A DNA stretch of 62,587 nt, counting the filler, from Asterionella formosa (Eukaryota): the NCBI GenBank assembly GCA_002256025.1. It is 17 parts of 17 records of this genome, joined end to end, with 100 filler letters (N's around TTAATTAATTAA, not from the genome) between each part and the next. Parts side by side here need not be neighbours in the genome. Positions count along the whole stretch, not along the records: positions 36,589 to 38,500 come from NKIB01000873.1; positions 38,601 to 40,511 come from NKIB01000874.1; positions 40,612 to 42,521 come from NKIB01000875.1; positions 42,622 to 44,529 come from NKIB01000876.1; positions 44,630 to 46,537 come from NKIB01000877.1; positions 46,638 to 48,544 come from NKIB01000878.1; positions 48,645 to 50,551 come from NKIB01000879.1; 10 more parts are not named here. One strand, 5' to 3'. The position numbers and the translations under genes are program-made. Positions 36,589 to 49,283 of this stretch are shown one piece after another. The notes under the pieces are model-generated. The model worked only from the letters and a program-made list of their open reading frames with translations, searched no databases and was not told the origin of the DNA. Positions within the stretch are counted from its first letter, which is position 1. Each line of letters opens with the position of its first letter.

Positions 36589-38500
36589 AAAGCACGAGCC
36601 GTCCCAAAAACAACGCAAGAAAAATCGACGGTACCTGGAGAGAGACTGTTTGTGGACATCAGCGGACCCTACGCGAAATCCGCTGTTGGCAATCAGTACT
36701 GGGTCATGGCAGTGGACGACTACACAAGAAAGCGCTGGAGCTATTTCATTAAAAAGAAGAGCGATATCGGAACAGTCATTGAAATTTTACTATCAAGTTT
36801 AGCCGGAGCCGGTCACAAGACAAAGTATGTCCGTTGCGATGACGCAGGCGAGAATACTAAACAATTGAGAAAGGTATGTGAAAATCGCGGTATAAAAATG
36901 GAATTTACTGCCCCGCACACTCCACAACACAATGGTGTAGCGGAACGCGGTTTTGTCATTGTGCGACAGAGGGCACTAGCAATGATGCTAAGTGCGAAAC
37001 TAACAGATGAGTACCAAGGGCTATTATGGGCAGAGGCGGTACATACAGCTACACGTTTAACAAATAGTACAGTTAACTCAGTAACTAAAAGAAGTCCCGA
37101 CGACATGTTCTACGGCGAAATGAATCCAAGAAGGCCCTACAAGTTATACAAGCAATTTGGGCGCGTAGGATGGGTTACTGCAAGACACAGCATTAAGAAA
37201 TTAGACGCACGTTCTTTCAAGTGTGTCTTTTTGGGTTATTCGGAGGACCACTCCCAAGATACGTATCGTATGTATAATCATGAGACTAACACTGTAATCA
37301 ATACACGCGATGTTAAGTGGAGTGAGTGGCATGGAACAAACGCACCTACGGACAGACTAGGAAAAATCTACAAGGACAATGCTAAAGAGAAAGTAACAGT
37401 TCAACCAGAAGCTGAAGTCAATAATGATGGATTAGATGATGATTTCTACAATGAAGATTTACTACCAGAAGGTTCAGACAACAAGGAAGATGACGACGAC
37501 AAGGATAAATCAACCGCAGACACTGAAAAAGGAAAAACTACCTCAAGGAGTGATGAAATTTCTGACCTAGAAAAGAGAAATGTTTTGAAGCAACAGGCAA
37601 AGTTGGAACGAGAAATGAAGAAGTTGGACTCATCGTACAATCCAACTAAAAATGTTAAATTCCCTCCAGACACTTCACTACCAAATGTGATTGAGGAGGA
37701 AGCTTCTTCGAATAAGGAAACTGAAGTAAATTTTGTATTCAATGCAAGTCTTGCATCGGACCCAGGTTTACCAAATAGTTATGATGAGGCAATGGTAAGA
37801 CCTGATCGCAAAGAGTGGATGAAAGCTATAAAGAAAGAATTTGAAAACTTCAAAGCAAGAGGAGTGTGGAAAATAGTTAAGAGAAATGACGTGAACAAGA
37901 GAGCTCTTAAGACAAGATGGGTCTTCCGTATTAAGGAGGACGTGATAACTGGAAAGACAGTATACAAGGCACGGTTGGTTGTAAAGGGATATGAACAGAT
38001 CCCAGGAGTTGATTTTACTGAAACATTCGCTCCTGTTGCAAGTGATGCTACAATAAAAACTGTTCTGGCTGTTACTTTGTACTACGGTTGGATAGCGGAA
38101 GCAATTGACGTTGAAGCAGCGTTTCTAAATGCTGACGTCGACGAAGACATATATATTGAGCCCCCAGAAGGATTGACAGGGATCAATCAGAATATACATA
38201 TCTGCAAATTAATTAAGGCTATGTATGGAATTGTACAAGCTCCAAGATGCTGGTCCAAGACATTCGCAAAGTGCGTCACCAGCAAGAAAGGTATAACGAA
38301 AAGCGAAATAGACCCAATGTTGTTTATCTACCGTAACAACGATGGACAAATTGAAGGGCTGTTGGCAAACTATGTGGATGATGGAATTATTTGTGGTACC
38401 AGGAATGCAGTGGACTACATGAAAAATATGATCAAGGAGGATTTTAATATCACGGAACAAGGTCCCCTACGAAAACACTTAGGTGTGGAATATATGCGCA
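36589..38500 (+). mobile_element. Ty1/copia pol fragment, near-identical to the reverse complement of 30554-32465
   Basis: Same boundaries and length; few differences (RNNDG/RSNDG, MKNMI/MKDMI). Confidence 0.97.
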
Positions 38501-38601
38501 NNNNNNNNNNNNNNNNNNNNNNNNNNNNNNNNNNNNNNNNNNNNTTAATTAATTAANNNNNNNNNNNNNNNNNNNNNNNNNNNNNNNNNNNNNNNNNNNN
38601 G

Positions 38602-39126
38602 CGACTAATTTGTATCTTGAGCTACAATGGATCTGGGATTGACATCATTATTAATTATCTCCTGTTCATCATCAATCTACTTTGGTGCCTGGCGGCATGT
38701 CGATTTCATGCAGAGCAAGAATCAGAGAGAGCTTGGAAGATACAGATATTTTCAATGTTGATCATGATGGGCGTGATTGTGTTCCAAATCAGCCTATGCT
38801 TCATTGTAGGATGCATGGGAATTTCTATTATTTGGTGCGCCATGGCAGTTTGGATGGCCAGCAAACGTCAACAATTCAAGCAACGAGATGAGGCAAATTT
38901 GGCCATAGGTACATATCAGTGGACGGATGTTGAACTTTTCATAGTCGTGATAGATACTGGTGCTATTTTTTACTATGGATTCATGGCGCAGCCAATAACA
39001 ACATTTGCACACATATGCGCTCTGATATTGGGAGCAATACTGTCAATGATTTCAATTACGATGTTTGATTTGGCTGAAGATTCTGGAGTGACGACAGCAT
39101 TGATAGTCAATGAGCACCATGAATAG
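38602..39126 (+). CDS. Hypothetical multi-pass membrane protein, 5' partial
   Basis: Frame is open from the contig edge, has about five hydrophobic segments and ends in TAG. Confidence 0.6.
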   Translation, partial: RLICILSYNGSGIDIIINYLLFIINLLWCLAACRFHAEQESERAWKIQIFSMLIMMGVIVFQISLCFIVGCMGISIIWCAMAVWMASKRQQFKQRDEANLAIGTYQWTDVELFIVVIDTGAIFYYGFMAQPITTFAHICALILGAILSMISITMFDLAEDSGVTTALIVNEHHE

Positions 39127-40914
39127 TTGAGCTCAGGTAGTTCCTAGGTCTGCACTGACCCCAACCCTTCCTTGGGGAGTTCCAATCGAACTCTAATAGC
39201 ATCTACACAGAGTTGATTATCATATAATTTAGAAAATTGCCAGTTTCTACTTGACATACATAAATGTTGATGTTTCACTGACTATGGCAACAGTTGTTAA
39301 CCCTTGTTCACCTGTGTTCCTGAGCTAAGAAATATGACCTTAAGAATAGTAGTGGTATCTGCATAATGTCCGCAATATCATCAGCTTTTGCGTTTCTGAT
39401 AGACAAGGTTTCCAGCATTATTACCTCTGCAGGTTGTGGTAATTTTGCTGGAAGTGTTGTTCATACTCAGGACTGACAGATATTCCTTGACTCACCAGCT
39501 GTTTAAAATTCAAGGTTTGAAACTTTTAACAGTTGGCACCTACCAACAAAAATAAAATAAATGGACAAATGCAATATTTTCAGAAATGAAATAAAATATT
39601 TTTCAGGAAAGCAACTATTAGCAAAGGTAATGAAGGATTATTTTAATTTAAACAATTTCAGTCTACATGAAGCAATACCTTGATTAAAATAATCTGTTAT
39701 GCTTCAACTAATCCATTTTGCTTAAACTAATAAAGTCCTTATGAACATACCACCAATTATGTCACTTCCATTTAAACTATGATTATACAGGGATGTATTG
39801 TTGAAATGATTTACTGGTGGTGATACTAGTCGATGTCAAATACTGGTACCAGTATCATATGATACCAGTACACCATGCAACAGCATCGCCTGCCCAGATA
39901 ACTATTTCCTCCTTTGCCTTGCTTTGAGTGTCCCCTGTTGCTGATCAAAGGAAGAGAAAAGTGTTGTTGGAAGCTGCTGGCACCTTTGGATTGTTGTTTG
40001 TCCATCCTGGTAGAGTCCCATGAGGCGAGTGCCCTTTGATGCTAAAACACGAAGTGTTTTTGCAGTTGAATGGAAATGCACAGTTGTTGGCGGCTTGCCA
40101 CAAGAGTTGATGATCTGATAATGTTTTTGATAATATCCAGTATGTCTACCTATTTACTATATTACTGGTAAATATATTATTCTACAATATTGTGCAATGC
40201 CTTTACTTTCACCTCCAGTCTTGTGTATTCTGGTATCAGTAAAAAACTGCCATGACCCATTGAGTTAGGGTGTTTGTTTGACTCCTCCGACTAATGGAAA
40301 ATTCTACCGAATTGCGGATCCGTTTCTTTGATAGCGTCAGAGCAGCATCGATCAATTAAGCTGTCGTGTTAGAATTCTGATTGAATGATTTCATCAGAAG
40401 ATATGATGATAATAAAACAGCTAAAAAGTGATTTCAATGGGTCACGGCAGTATATACTTTTTTCTCGATAAACGTATATAAATTTATATACATTTTCGAG
40501 GACGGATTAGGNNNNNNNNNNNNNNNNNNNNNNNNNNNNNNNNNNNNNNNNNNNNTTAATTAATTAANNNNNNNNNNNNNNNNNNNNNNNNNNNNNNNNN
40601 NNNNNNNNNNNAAAGTGAAAAAGTTTGCCATTTTTATTCAAGGAACATCCCACATTTACCAGAGGAGATGGCCAGTCTCCATAAGGGTAGTTAGCCAAAT
40701 ATAAAAGTGGTATCCACATCATGGATGGGCAAAAATGACATGGTGCATTCAGTTAAACACTCAGTAATTGCTGTACTTCACACATGTCTATGCATAAGTA
40801 CAAAAAGTTTCACATCAGAATTAGACAATGCCAACCTCTCCCTTCCTCAGAAGTTGAATTTATAAAAACAAAATTTTGCTCAATTCGATGATAGAGTTTC
40901 AAAAAAATTATGAT

Positions 40915-42237
40915 TTACAATGACTCAGACACAGCAAGATTTAAAGCACATGTACATCCCAACTGCTTACAACCACAAACACACTGAGGACCAAGTCCGA
41001 GAGGACCTGTATCGCCACCAGTAGTTTCAGAGTTGCGGGAGATTCCATCTTCAAAAAGTGGCTTCAAAGTCTGACGACTCTGTCGATGAAAGGATCTCTT
41101 TTTCTCGACCACTGAATAATCCAATGTACTATCAAAATCAGTATTGCGTGATAGTACTGTGGATACCACTGAGGCTGGCCCTGTACTCATAGGTTCTTCG
41201 TCTTGATATTTTTGTTCTTCTCGTTCTTTTACCGCATTACGCCTTTTGTAGATGAAACGCATGGTACCAAAAGACGTGATTAAAAAGGCAATGCCACCAA
41301 CAAATATTGCAACCCAGATGTAAATACTAAAGATGGCCCAGAGATTTGAGGTACCAGTAATTGTGGTTCCGCCTTCCGCAGGTGAAGTCTTTGATCCCCC
41401 TTCCACTACTGCTACAGGTGTATGATTTGTTGACGTAACAGTCACCACTTGTCTGAAGGAAATGTCGTTGGTCGCCTGAAGCCGGTCGACAAGGATATGC
41501 CCCTTGTCATCAAAGATGGTATTGCATATTGCTGCTAAATCCGAATCCCCCACTTTTGTATCTCCTGATACAAGCATACTTATTACAATATCAGTAGCCT
41601 GTATTACCCGTCGTCGTAATGTTAACTTTGACAATGATTGATTAAGCACTGTAACTTTCACGTGTGACACGGGAGGTACTTGGAATTGCAACCAGTTGCT
41701 CAAAAACGCTTGCGTAATATTTCGAAATGTCTCCGTAGAGCTGACATCCATTTCAGCCACCATCCGGGCCATAGTGACCGACACATGGGCTTGTAAAGCA
41801 TACACTATTGTCAATGTAGGTTTATCAGTGAGAGCAGTTGCGAACAATGAAGGATGATCAGTACGAGAAGCAGCGGAGTCAGCAGTCGGTGTTAACGTTT
41901 TGGCAGCGATGTGCAAGGACGAAGGGTATTCAGTCGGTATCATTGTGGGTGGAGCACTAGGTGAAGTTGTAGGTTCCACAGTCGGTTTCAATGTAGGCTG
42001 ATCAGTAGGTGCAGCTGTGGGGCCTGCAGTCGGTTTCAATGTAGGCTGATCAGTAGGAGCAGCTGTGGGGCCTGCAGTCGGTTTCAATGTAGGCTGCTCA
42101 GTTGGAGATGCTGCGGGTTCGTTAGTCGGTATCATTGTAGGCTGCTCAGTAGGAGACGATGTCGGGTCCGCACTTGGTGTAATTATAGGCTGACCAGTAG
42201 GAGAATCTGTGGGATATATAGTCGGAGCGTTCGTCAT
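40915..42237 (-). CDS. Pro/Thr-repeat single-pass cell-surface protein; 5' structure unresolved
   Basis: PTxxPT repeats including a 48-nt unit (PTAGPTAAPTDQPTLK), a globular segment, a TM helix LWAIFSIYIWVAIFVGGIAFLITSF followed by KRR, and a cytoplasmic tail. The upstream Thr-rich ORF 42504-42316 may belong to the same gene. Confidence 0.75.
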   Translation of the reverse strand: MTNAPTIYPTDSPTGQPIITPSADPTSSPTEQPTMIPTNEPAASPTEQPTLKPTAGPTAAPTDQPTLKPTAGPTAAPTDQPTLKPTVEPTTSPSAPPTMIPTEYPSSLHIAAKTLTPTADSAASRTDHPSLFATALTDKPTLTIVYALQAHVSVTMARMVAEMDVSSTETFRNITQAFLSNWLQFQVPPVSHVKVTVLNQSLSKLTLRRRVIQATDIVISMLVSGDTKVGDSDLAAICNTIFDDKGHILVDRLQATNDISFRQVVTVTSTNHTPVAVVEGGSKTSPAEGGTTITGTSNLWAIFSIYIWVAIFVGGIAFLITSFGTMRFIYKRRNAVKEREEQKYQDEEPMSTGPASVVSTVLSRNTDFDSTLDYSVVEKKRSFHRQSRQTLKPLFEDGISRNSETTGGDTGPLGLGPQCVCGCKQLGCTCALNLAVSESL

Positions 42238-42621
42238 AAGTGGATGAGTAGGGAGGAAAAGGTGTGTCAGTTCATGGGGCCAATGTCGGCTAAAAAGTAG
42301 TAGACGGGGATGGGTCTATTCCTTACTCAAGGTAAATTCTGAACTTAGAGTTCTAATTGTTATCTTTGCAGAGGTCGGGGCGTCGGGACCGGTTGATTGA
42401 GAGTATCTAAAATTGGTTGAATGGAAGCCATTCGGTATTGTAGTTCCTGACGAAACAGTCGTCGGTATGATTGCAGCATTCTTTGCTGACGAAATAAATG
42501 GCATACCAACATTTGTCCTTGNNNNNNNNNNNNNNNNNNNNNNNNNNNNNNNNNNNNNNNNNNNNTTAATTAATTAANNNNNNNNNNNNNNNNNNNNNNN
42601 NNNNNNNNNNNNNNNNNNNNN

Positions 42622-42940
42622 TTTACCAGGCCAAATAAACGAGTTAGCCCGGTAAAATCCACTATTTTCAGCATAGTTAAAAAACCGAAGTTCCTTTCTG
42701 CAGTTTCTCGCCAGATCCTATATCCTGACGATATATAGCGTTGACCTATACCCCTACTTTGATAAATGACTGTATTTAAGCATGTGGAAAGGGTGTGTAT
42801 TGGTGAAAGCTCAGTTTAGTGATATACATTTACGTTTTTACTCGTAAGAAGTCTATGTTTGACTACTCTGACTTAATTTTATTTTTTTAACCCTATCTCG
42901 AGCTAGGGGTTCAAATGCAGGAACCTTAACTAAGTTCTGA
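42622..42940 (+). repeat. Dispersed hairpin-bearing repeat family, copy C (3' half)
   Basis: Closely collinear with 59755-60056. Contains the 3' stem arm at 42681-42710. Confidence 0.85.
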
Positions 42941-44300
42941 ATAATTAGGTAGTAATATTTAACCCACCAAAATGATTGCCGTCAAACGGTAAGCATGTTT
43001 TCCGGATGTCCCAGGTACCAGAGTACCAGGTACCAGTGGTACTCAGTAGTTCAATCCCATTCTCTACATAACAGCTCGCCAGTAGCTACTAATGACAAGT
43101 GCTTCATTGGTTATTTGCAAGCAACAACAGCAAATACCACGACAGCCGGATGTCGTTGCCAAATGTAGCCCGGGATTGGAATCTGGTCCTATTGAATATC
43201 TTGGTTCTGATTAAATATACATTTCGATTCGCTTTGGGTGTAGAAAATCTCTACATGTTCCTATGGAACGCTGTTCACTGTTCAATCAATACACCGGTAG
43301 TGATATTACAATGCTTCAACATCAATGACGGTGAAATTTACCTTTTTATGCTAGGCTTGCATTCCAAATGTCAGGTTCAAGTCGACATTGTCCTATCCAA
43401 TCAAATATACCAGTAAATGAAACACTCTGTCGAAAGTCCGGTGAAACACGTTTCTACTTAGAAAAATATAAAGCTCAATGTCTCGATTACCGGACATTTT
43501 TGAAATGTATACCTGTACGCTGGGCATGGAGTCTATTTTGGTGTTCGAATGTCGTTCGTGCCGATGGGACATTTGACATCCAACGTACGTACACATGCAT
43601 GTCAGCCTCCGTATAAAAGCACCTTAGTAAACCGTGGTTCAAACGTACATCTGAACCGGTGAAATGAAGATACGGTACCAGGTACAGTTATATAATTTCT
43701 ATCTATGTATGTCCTACTGTAGGTATGTGACATAGAAATAGACGTCATGAAGTCATACGATGACAAATGTCCAATAGGGAACGTAAAGTTATCACCAGCA
43801 GGATTGATGACGAGTTTAGTGGGTCAAAAGCGCTGAATAGTTCGATCGACATAGGTAAAGACATTTAGAAAAGTATTAATTTGACTCAATGTCTCATAGT
43901 TATAAAAACCATCCTATGATAGTGATTTGCCCAATCATATGAGAATGTAGCAATGTGTGATTGTTCGCAATACATGAACATGGTCTTGTACACCGCGTAC
44001 TGTACCATCTACAATGAACGAAGCGAACACCGGCACAACAAGGAGGGAAGCTCTCGCTGCGTGTTGTGAAAAAGGATTAGGCGAAATCTTCAACATATAT
44101 TTTTTTGTCTTTTGTTTGCCTTTTCTTGGTGATAATCACTTCTGCCTTTTCACCATCCATCTCGCTCCGGAAAGGCAAGACATAAAATACTCAAGGCCCG
44201 CTAGAAGGTTCCACTTGATTCCACTAGCCCTCACGCTTTCCTATAAATGCAAAGACGCAATTCTTAACAAACTCAGCGCTATAAACAACTCAGCTCGATT

Positions 44301-44529
44301 ATGATTCCTTCTAATGACCCAAATGCCCAATCCGCTTCGTTCCAACGAAATTCAATGGCGTTCTTAACTGACTTGTTTATGCAACACGAAAATACAGCGC
44401 AACCCTCAATGGCAGAAGAATCAGAAATGAGCTTGACCGAGTTTCGGGACTTTCAGAAGGTCATTTCTGACAAGGGCAACATGACGAACAACTCCACTTG
44501 CATCAAGATGGAGATGGCCAACTTCATCG
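44301..44529 (+). CDS. Possible N-terminal fragment of an unknown gene
   Basis: ATG-initiated frame open to the contig end; no recognisable motif. Confidence 0.3.
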
Positions 44530-44630
44530 NNNNNNNNNNNNNNNNNNNNNNNNNNNNNNNNNNNNNNNNNNNNTTAATTAATTAANNNNNNNNNNNNNNN
44601 NNNNNNNNNNNNNNNNNNNNNNNNNNNNNG

Positions 44631-44921
44631 ATAGAATATGTTCAGAAGAAGTTTCAAGACTCTCACACGTTTCATGTACACGCTGGAGGAGTGGACTTGT
44701 CTTTTCCTCATCACACTAACGAGATTGCACAATCTGAAGCTTACCATTCTGACGAATGCTCCCACGAATGGATTCCTCACTGGGTACATACAGGACACTT
44801 GTATATACAAGACTTGAAGATGTCCAAGTCATTAAAGAACTTTATCACAATTAAAGAGCTGCTTGAAGTAGATGCGACCGTGAAGTCGGCGCTATCCGCG
44901 CCTGGTGATGACTTTCGCCTA
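44631..44921 (+). pseudogene. CARS: Cysteinyl-tRNA synthetase fragment, broken after DDFRL
   Basis: [37 protein letters not shown]. The downstream sequence is unrelated, stops at 44990, and has no splice donor at the junction. Confidence 0.8.
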
Positions 44922-45899
44922 CGCGCAGCCAACAAGTCTGAGCATATGCTGTCAGTTCCTGAAATTAAGATCCTTGTGCGATGGTTTTGACGCAACGGAG
45001 ATTTCCCGGTACCACAAACAAGACAAGCCCTTCTTACCCGCTTGGGAGAGACCTCACACCGAGGAGACCAGCAGGCGCCAGCAGAAGAGATCAAAACTGC
45101 TGTGGTTCTTGCTGCGAGTCCCATCCCCCCTATTCTCCCCCCTTGGCCTGGAGTTGACAATTGTGCTGGCACATAAGGGGGACCATCCGCACTGCCTTGC
45201 ATGCTTCGGTCAAGGAAGAATATGAAGGGTGGCTGGCTGAGAGGAGGAATATGAAGGAAGCGACGAAACAAGGAGGCGGAAGCGGAAGCGGAAGCGGAGC
45301 AAGGTGGAGGCGAAGGTGGAGAAGCAAACAAGCAACCAAACAAAAAATTCTTGCTTGGCTGAGTAGCAACACCAAACCAGTAGCCTGATGTTAGCAGAAC
45401 AATAATTAGTGACGAACGTAAATAATCCCTATATAAATCTATATCAAACCATCATCAAAACGAATGAAAGTAAGATTATTGAGACAAAAACTGAAATAAT
45501 ATTTGAGTTAAAAGGCAAACGCATTATTATTTAAGGTTTAAAAAATGAAAACAATTAATAATAAATGGGTAGATGATGCAACGGACAAATAATATTGTGG
45601 CAGGAAAAAGCTTTAGAGTGAACAATAGGGTAATCGAAACCAGAATTTGAATATAAAATTGTCTTCAGGTACGTAGTAAAAAATATGTATTGACAGTCAT
45701 CCAAAACGACCATAATCATCAACTTTAAAACTTCATATCTCTTGAATTATCAAGCATCATTACTAATTAAACAGACCTATTGAAAGCGGAGAGCCTGTTC
45801 TAGATTTAGCTACGTACTTGATTTGTTGTCACCATGAAATTTGACTAAAATAGTTTGAGTCGAAACATGGGGTAAACTTTATATGACTCTCAGTTTTAA

Positions 45900-46262
45900 G
45901 GTGGTAACCTGGTACCGGTATGCTACCAGGTACCGCATCACCACAATGGCTGGCTGTGGTACCAGGTACCTAATACGGTGCCCTGGTACTCATCATGTCG
46001 TTCATACCCCCCTGCCGCTTTAGAAGGTCCGGCAATCGAGATATTTAGCTTCATCTTTGCTTAAGTTTAAAACGTGTTTACCGTTTACCGGACCTTTGTG
46101 GGAACATTTACCTGTACGTACATTGCATTTGCTTGGTTAGCCGTGTAGTTAGTTAGTATCCCAGAGTGGTGCGAGGTACCTGGTGCCAATCAGATCTACC
46201 GGTATACCGGTAACAGGTACCAGGCACCTACCTGTATTCTGGTGCTAGGAGTACCGGTAGCT
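45900..46262. repeat. GGTACC/CCWGG-rich cluster
   Basis: Repeated cctggtacc, ccaggtacc and taccggta units. Confidence 0.7.
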
Positions 46263-46637
46263 ATCATTGCTTTGATGTTCTGATTATTTTGTATGGCTCT
46301 GGTCCCATGATTTCTGCTGCTTGTTCGTTTCTTGAAGCCAGCAAGAAAGAGTTCTAATTAAACCACAGTCTACCATCATTGCTACATGCCATTTTCTGCT
46401 TATGTTGTCCTATCATAGACCGGTAAATAGCTCTGTATACATGTTGTCATGACAATACCGAGACTTGCAATCATCAGTGGAATATTAGGCGCAACAGCGT
46501 CATGCCTTGCGAAATTTGCTCTAGCGCCAGAATCTCCNNNNNNNNNNNNNNNNNNNNNNNNNNNNNNNNNNNNNNNNNNNNTTAATTAATTAANNNNNNN
46601 NNNNNNNNNNNNNNNNNNNNNNNNNNNNNNNNNNNNN

Positions 46638-47748
46638 TGAATGCTGCAACTCGATCGAAAATGGAAGTTCGTTCAAAAGCTACTTGGTCACTGCATTTTC
46701 CCGGTGCAATTACACCAAAATAAATAAATCTTGAGTCAGCATCACAAACAGCCTGGACATTGATTCCATAAGTCATGTAGTGACCGGAAAAAAATGAACC
46801 AGGGTTGTTGCCACTTTCAACTATAGTCGGGCGGTTGATGGTGGCTAGGAAGCCGTCAATAGCACCAACACATCCTCTCATCATGCCCTCTGAGCTTTTG
46901 CATTCAAAGCTGGAAGCCAATTTGATAAATTCTTCTTTTTCTTTTGGAAAAACAATTTCGAGTTCTCCACAGTTTAGTACAGCATCAATGAACAAATCAC
47001 GACATCGATAAAGTGAAGCAATGCTACAACCGTAGGCATGACGAATGTCGATGTACCTGCCACCAGCCAGCCATCGCAAACCATTGGCTGCCACACTTTC
47101 GGGAATTATGGGCTCAGAAGTGCCACATTTGGAATAATTCCCTGCAATCTGAATTTCCAGCATGGAGGTGAGTTTTTTGAATGCTCTGTGTGACATTCTG
47201 TATGTCTTCTCGAAAGCAATCTCGTGATTGAGTTTCTCGACATGTGATTGCCAGGAGATTCTTTCGTGGTGCCACTTGTGCCTTCGTTGTCGTCGTCGTT
47301 CAGATGACTGAAGCTGCCGTTTACAGCGTCGCCTTTGTCGTTTGGATGAGTGTTCTTTTTCCTCTGCTTCCTTAGCTAAATGACAGAGGAAGAAGAAATC
47401 AAGATCACTACTGTCATCGTCATTATCATCAAGTAAATCAAATGGCGACGACATGATTCATGCAAATGTGTGTTTTTAATATTATATTTAGTTTCCCGGT
47501 AATTATATTTTGTTGTTGCTTGATATCAAGACCATCATTATATTCCGGAGGGATATACACATGATCTTCGCCAGCCAGTTGCCGTTGAAGATTCATTTTA
47601 CTCCATGATACAATGTGATCACAAATTAGTGATACAGTGACACTTTTGGAATGAATGAAATTCAGTTCAAATCGAGTTACCGTTGCTGATACATTTTCAA
47701 AAAAATTCAAATTCCGTGATACACGAAAAAAAATGATAAGAACGACCC
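46638..47748 (-). mobile_element. PIF/Harbinger DNA transposon, copy 1: 5' terminus plus transposase 47454->46638
   Basis: YRMS...F, LRWLAGG..Y.DI, GCVGAIDG, FFSGHY, INVQAVCD. TIR GGGTCGTTCTTATCATT ends at 47748 next to a TAA target. Confidence 0.92.
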
Positions 47749-48544
47749 TAAGATAGACGGTAGTACTACGAAATACGAGGTTACAGGTACCAATACCCCA
47801 ATTGTGAAGGCTAAATGTGCGGAAAGTGCTCAGTCTAAGCAAGCGAAGTTGGCACGTGAAATGCGAAGATTGGACTCATCGTTCAATCCTACGAGTACGA
47901 AAATTGTGAAATTTTCAGGAGATACTGAGATGCCTGGTGTTATCGAGGAGGATAACATGAAGGAAATTACGAAGAATACACAGGTGAATTTTGTGTACAA
48001 CGCAAGTCTGGCTTCTGATCCAGGATTACCAACAAGCTACGATGAAGCAATGGCAAGACCAGACAAGAAAGAGTGGATCAAGGCGATCAACAAAGAATAT
48101 GAAAACTTCCAGTCGAGAGGAGTGTGGAAAGTTGTCAAACGTGATACTGTTAAGAAGCGAACACTAAAAACGAGATGGGTGTTTCGAATTAAAGAAGATG
48201 TGTTAACCGGGAAGACCATTTACAAGGCAAGATTGGTCGTGAAGGGATATGAGCAAATCCCAGGTGTCGATTTTACTGAGACATTTGCTCCAGTTGCAAG
48301 CGATGCGACAATCAAAGCGGTACTCGCAGTGACGATGTACAACGGTTGGCGAGCGGAGGCTATTGATGTGGAAGCAGCATTTCTAAATGCTGACGTCGAT
48401 GAGGACATTTATATTGAGCCCCCTCAAGGTTTGATCGGAGTCGATTCCGATACACATGTTTGCAAGCTTGTGAAGGCTATGTACGGGATAGTACAAGCTC
48501 CACGATGCTGGTCCAGGACGTTTGCGAAATGTGTCACCAATAAA
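47749..48544 (+). mobile_element. Ty1/copia pol fragment (IN-RT linker + RT), subfamily related to 36589-38500
   Basis: AKLAREMRRLDSSFNP, SLASDPGLP, YKARLVVKGYEQIPGVDF, KAMYGIVQAPR. Confidence 0.95.
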
Positions 48545-49283
48545 NNNNNNNNNNNNNNNNNNNNNNNNNNNNNNNNNNNNNNNNNNNNTTAATTAATTAA
48601 NNNNNNNNNNNNNNNNNNNNNNNNNNNNNNNNNNNNNNNNNNNNGCAACACTATTCGAATTTGGTTATGATCAACCCAAACACAACCTCCAAATATTTTC
48701 AAAAGGTCACATCAGGTGCAATAAGTTCCAACAGTGGTACGCATTTTAGTGAATTTGTTACATCCATTGTCGAGCTCCCATCATAATGAATCGTAAGACA
48801 AAAGGTAAGCATCTGGATAAGGAGGATCGTTATGAGAAACCGCAAATTGACATGACTACCAAACCAGCCATTGACGCGGCCACTACCTTGACAGCCTTAT
48901 CGGAAAGGCGATTCAATCCCATTCCTCAAAAGCGTGCACCAAAACGCCGCGTATACAACGCGCCCTCAGGAGTGATGGGCCGGTCCAAACACCGGAGTCG
49001 CTAAAAAAAATATCAGGAGAGAAAAGGAAATTTCGACCTGATCCGGCTTAGGCAGACTCTGGATCATTGAAAGTTGCGCCATCGAAGGAGGAGGAGAAGG
49101 AGGAGCCAGTGCTGCGGGAAGAGTTGAAAGCAATACGATCTGATATGGCGCAGATGATGGGTGTGTTTATGGGTGCTATGTCTAACTTTCAGCCTCAGTG
49201 TCAGGATGAACTTCAAACATTAACAGAAGCGGTATTATCTCATGAATCGAAAGCCACAGTTATACCAACACAACAGTTGTTTC

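Noticed and set aside
30554..38500. Giant inverted repeat of copia flanking CAP and a LINE (composite transposon)
   Set aside because: The copies are separate contigs whose order and orientation are arbitrary.
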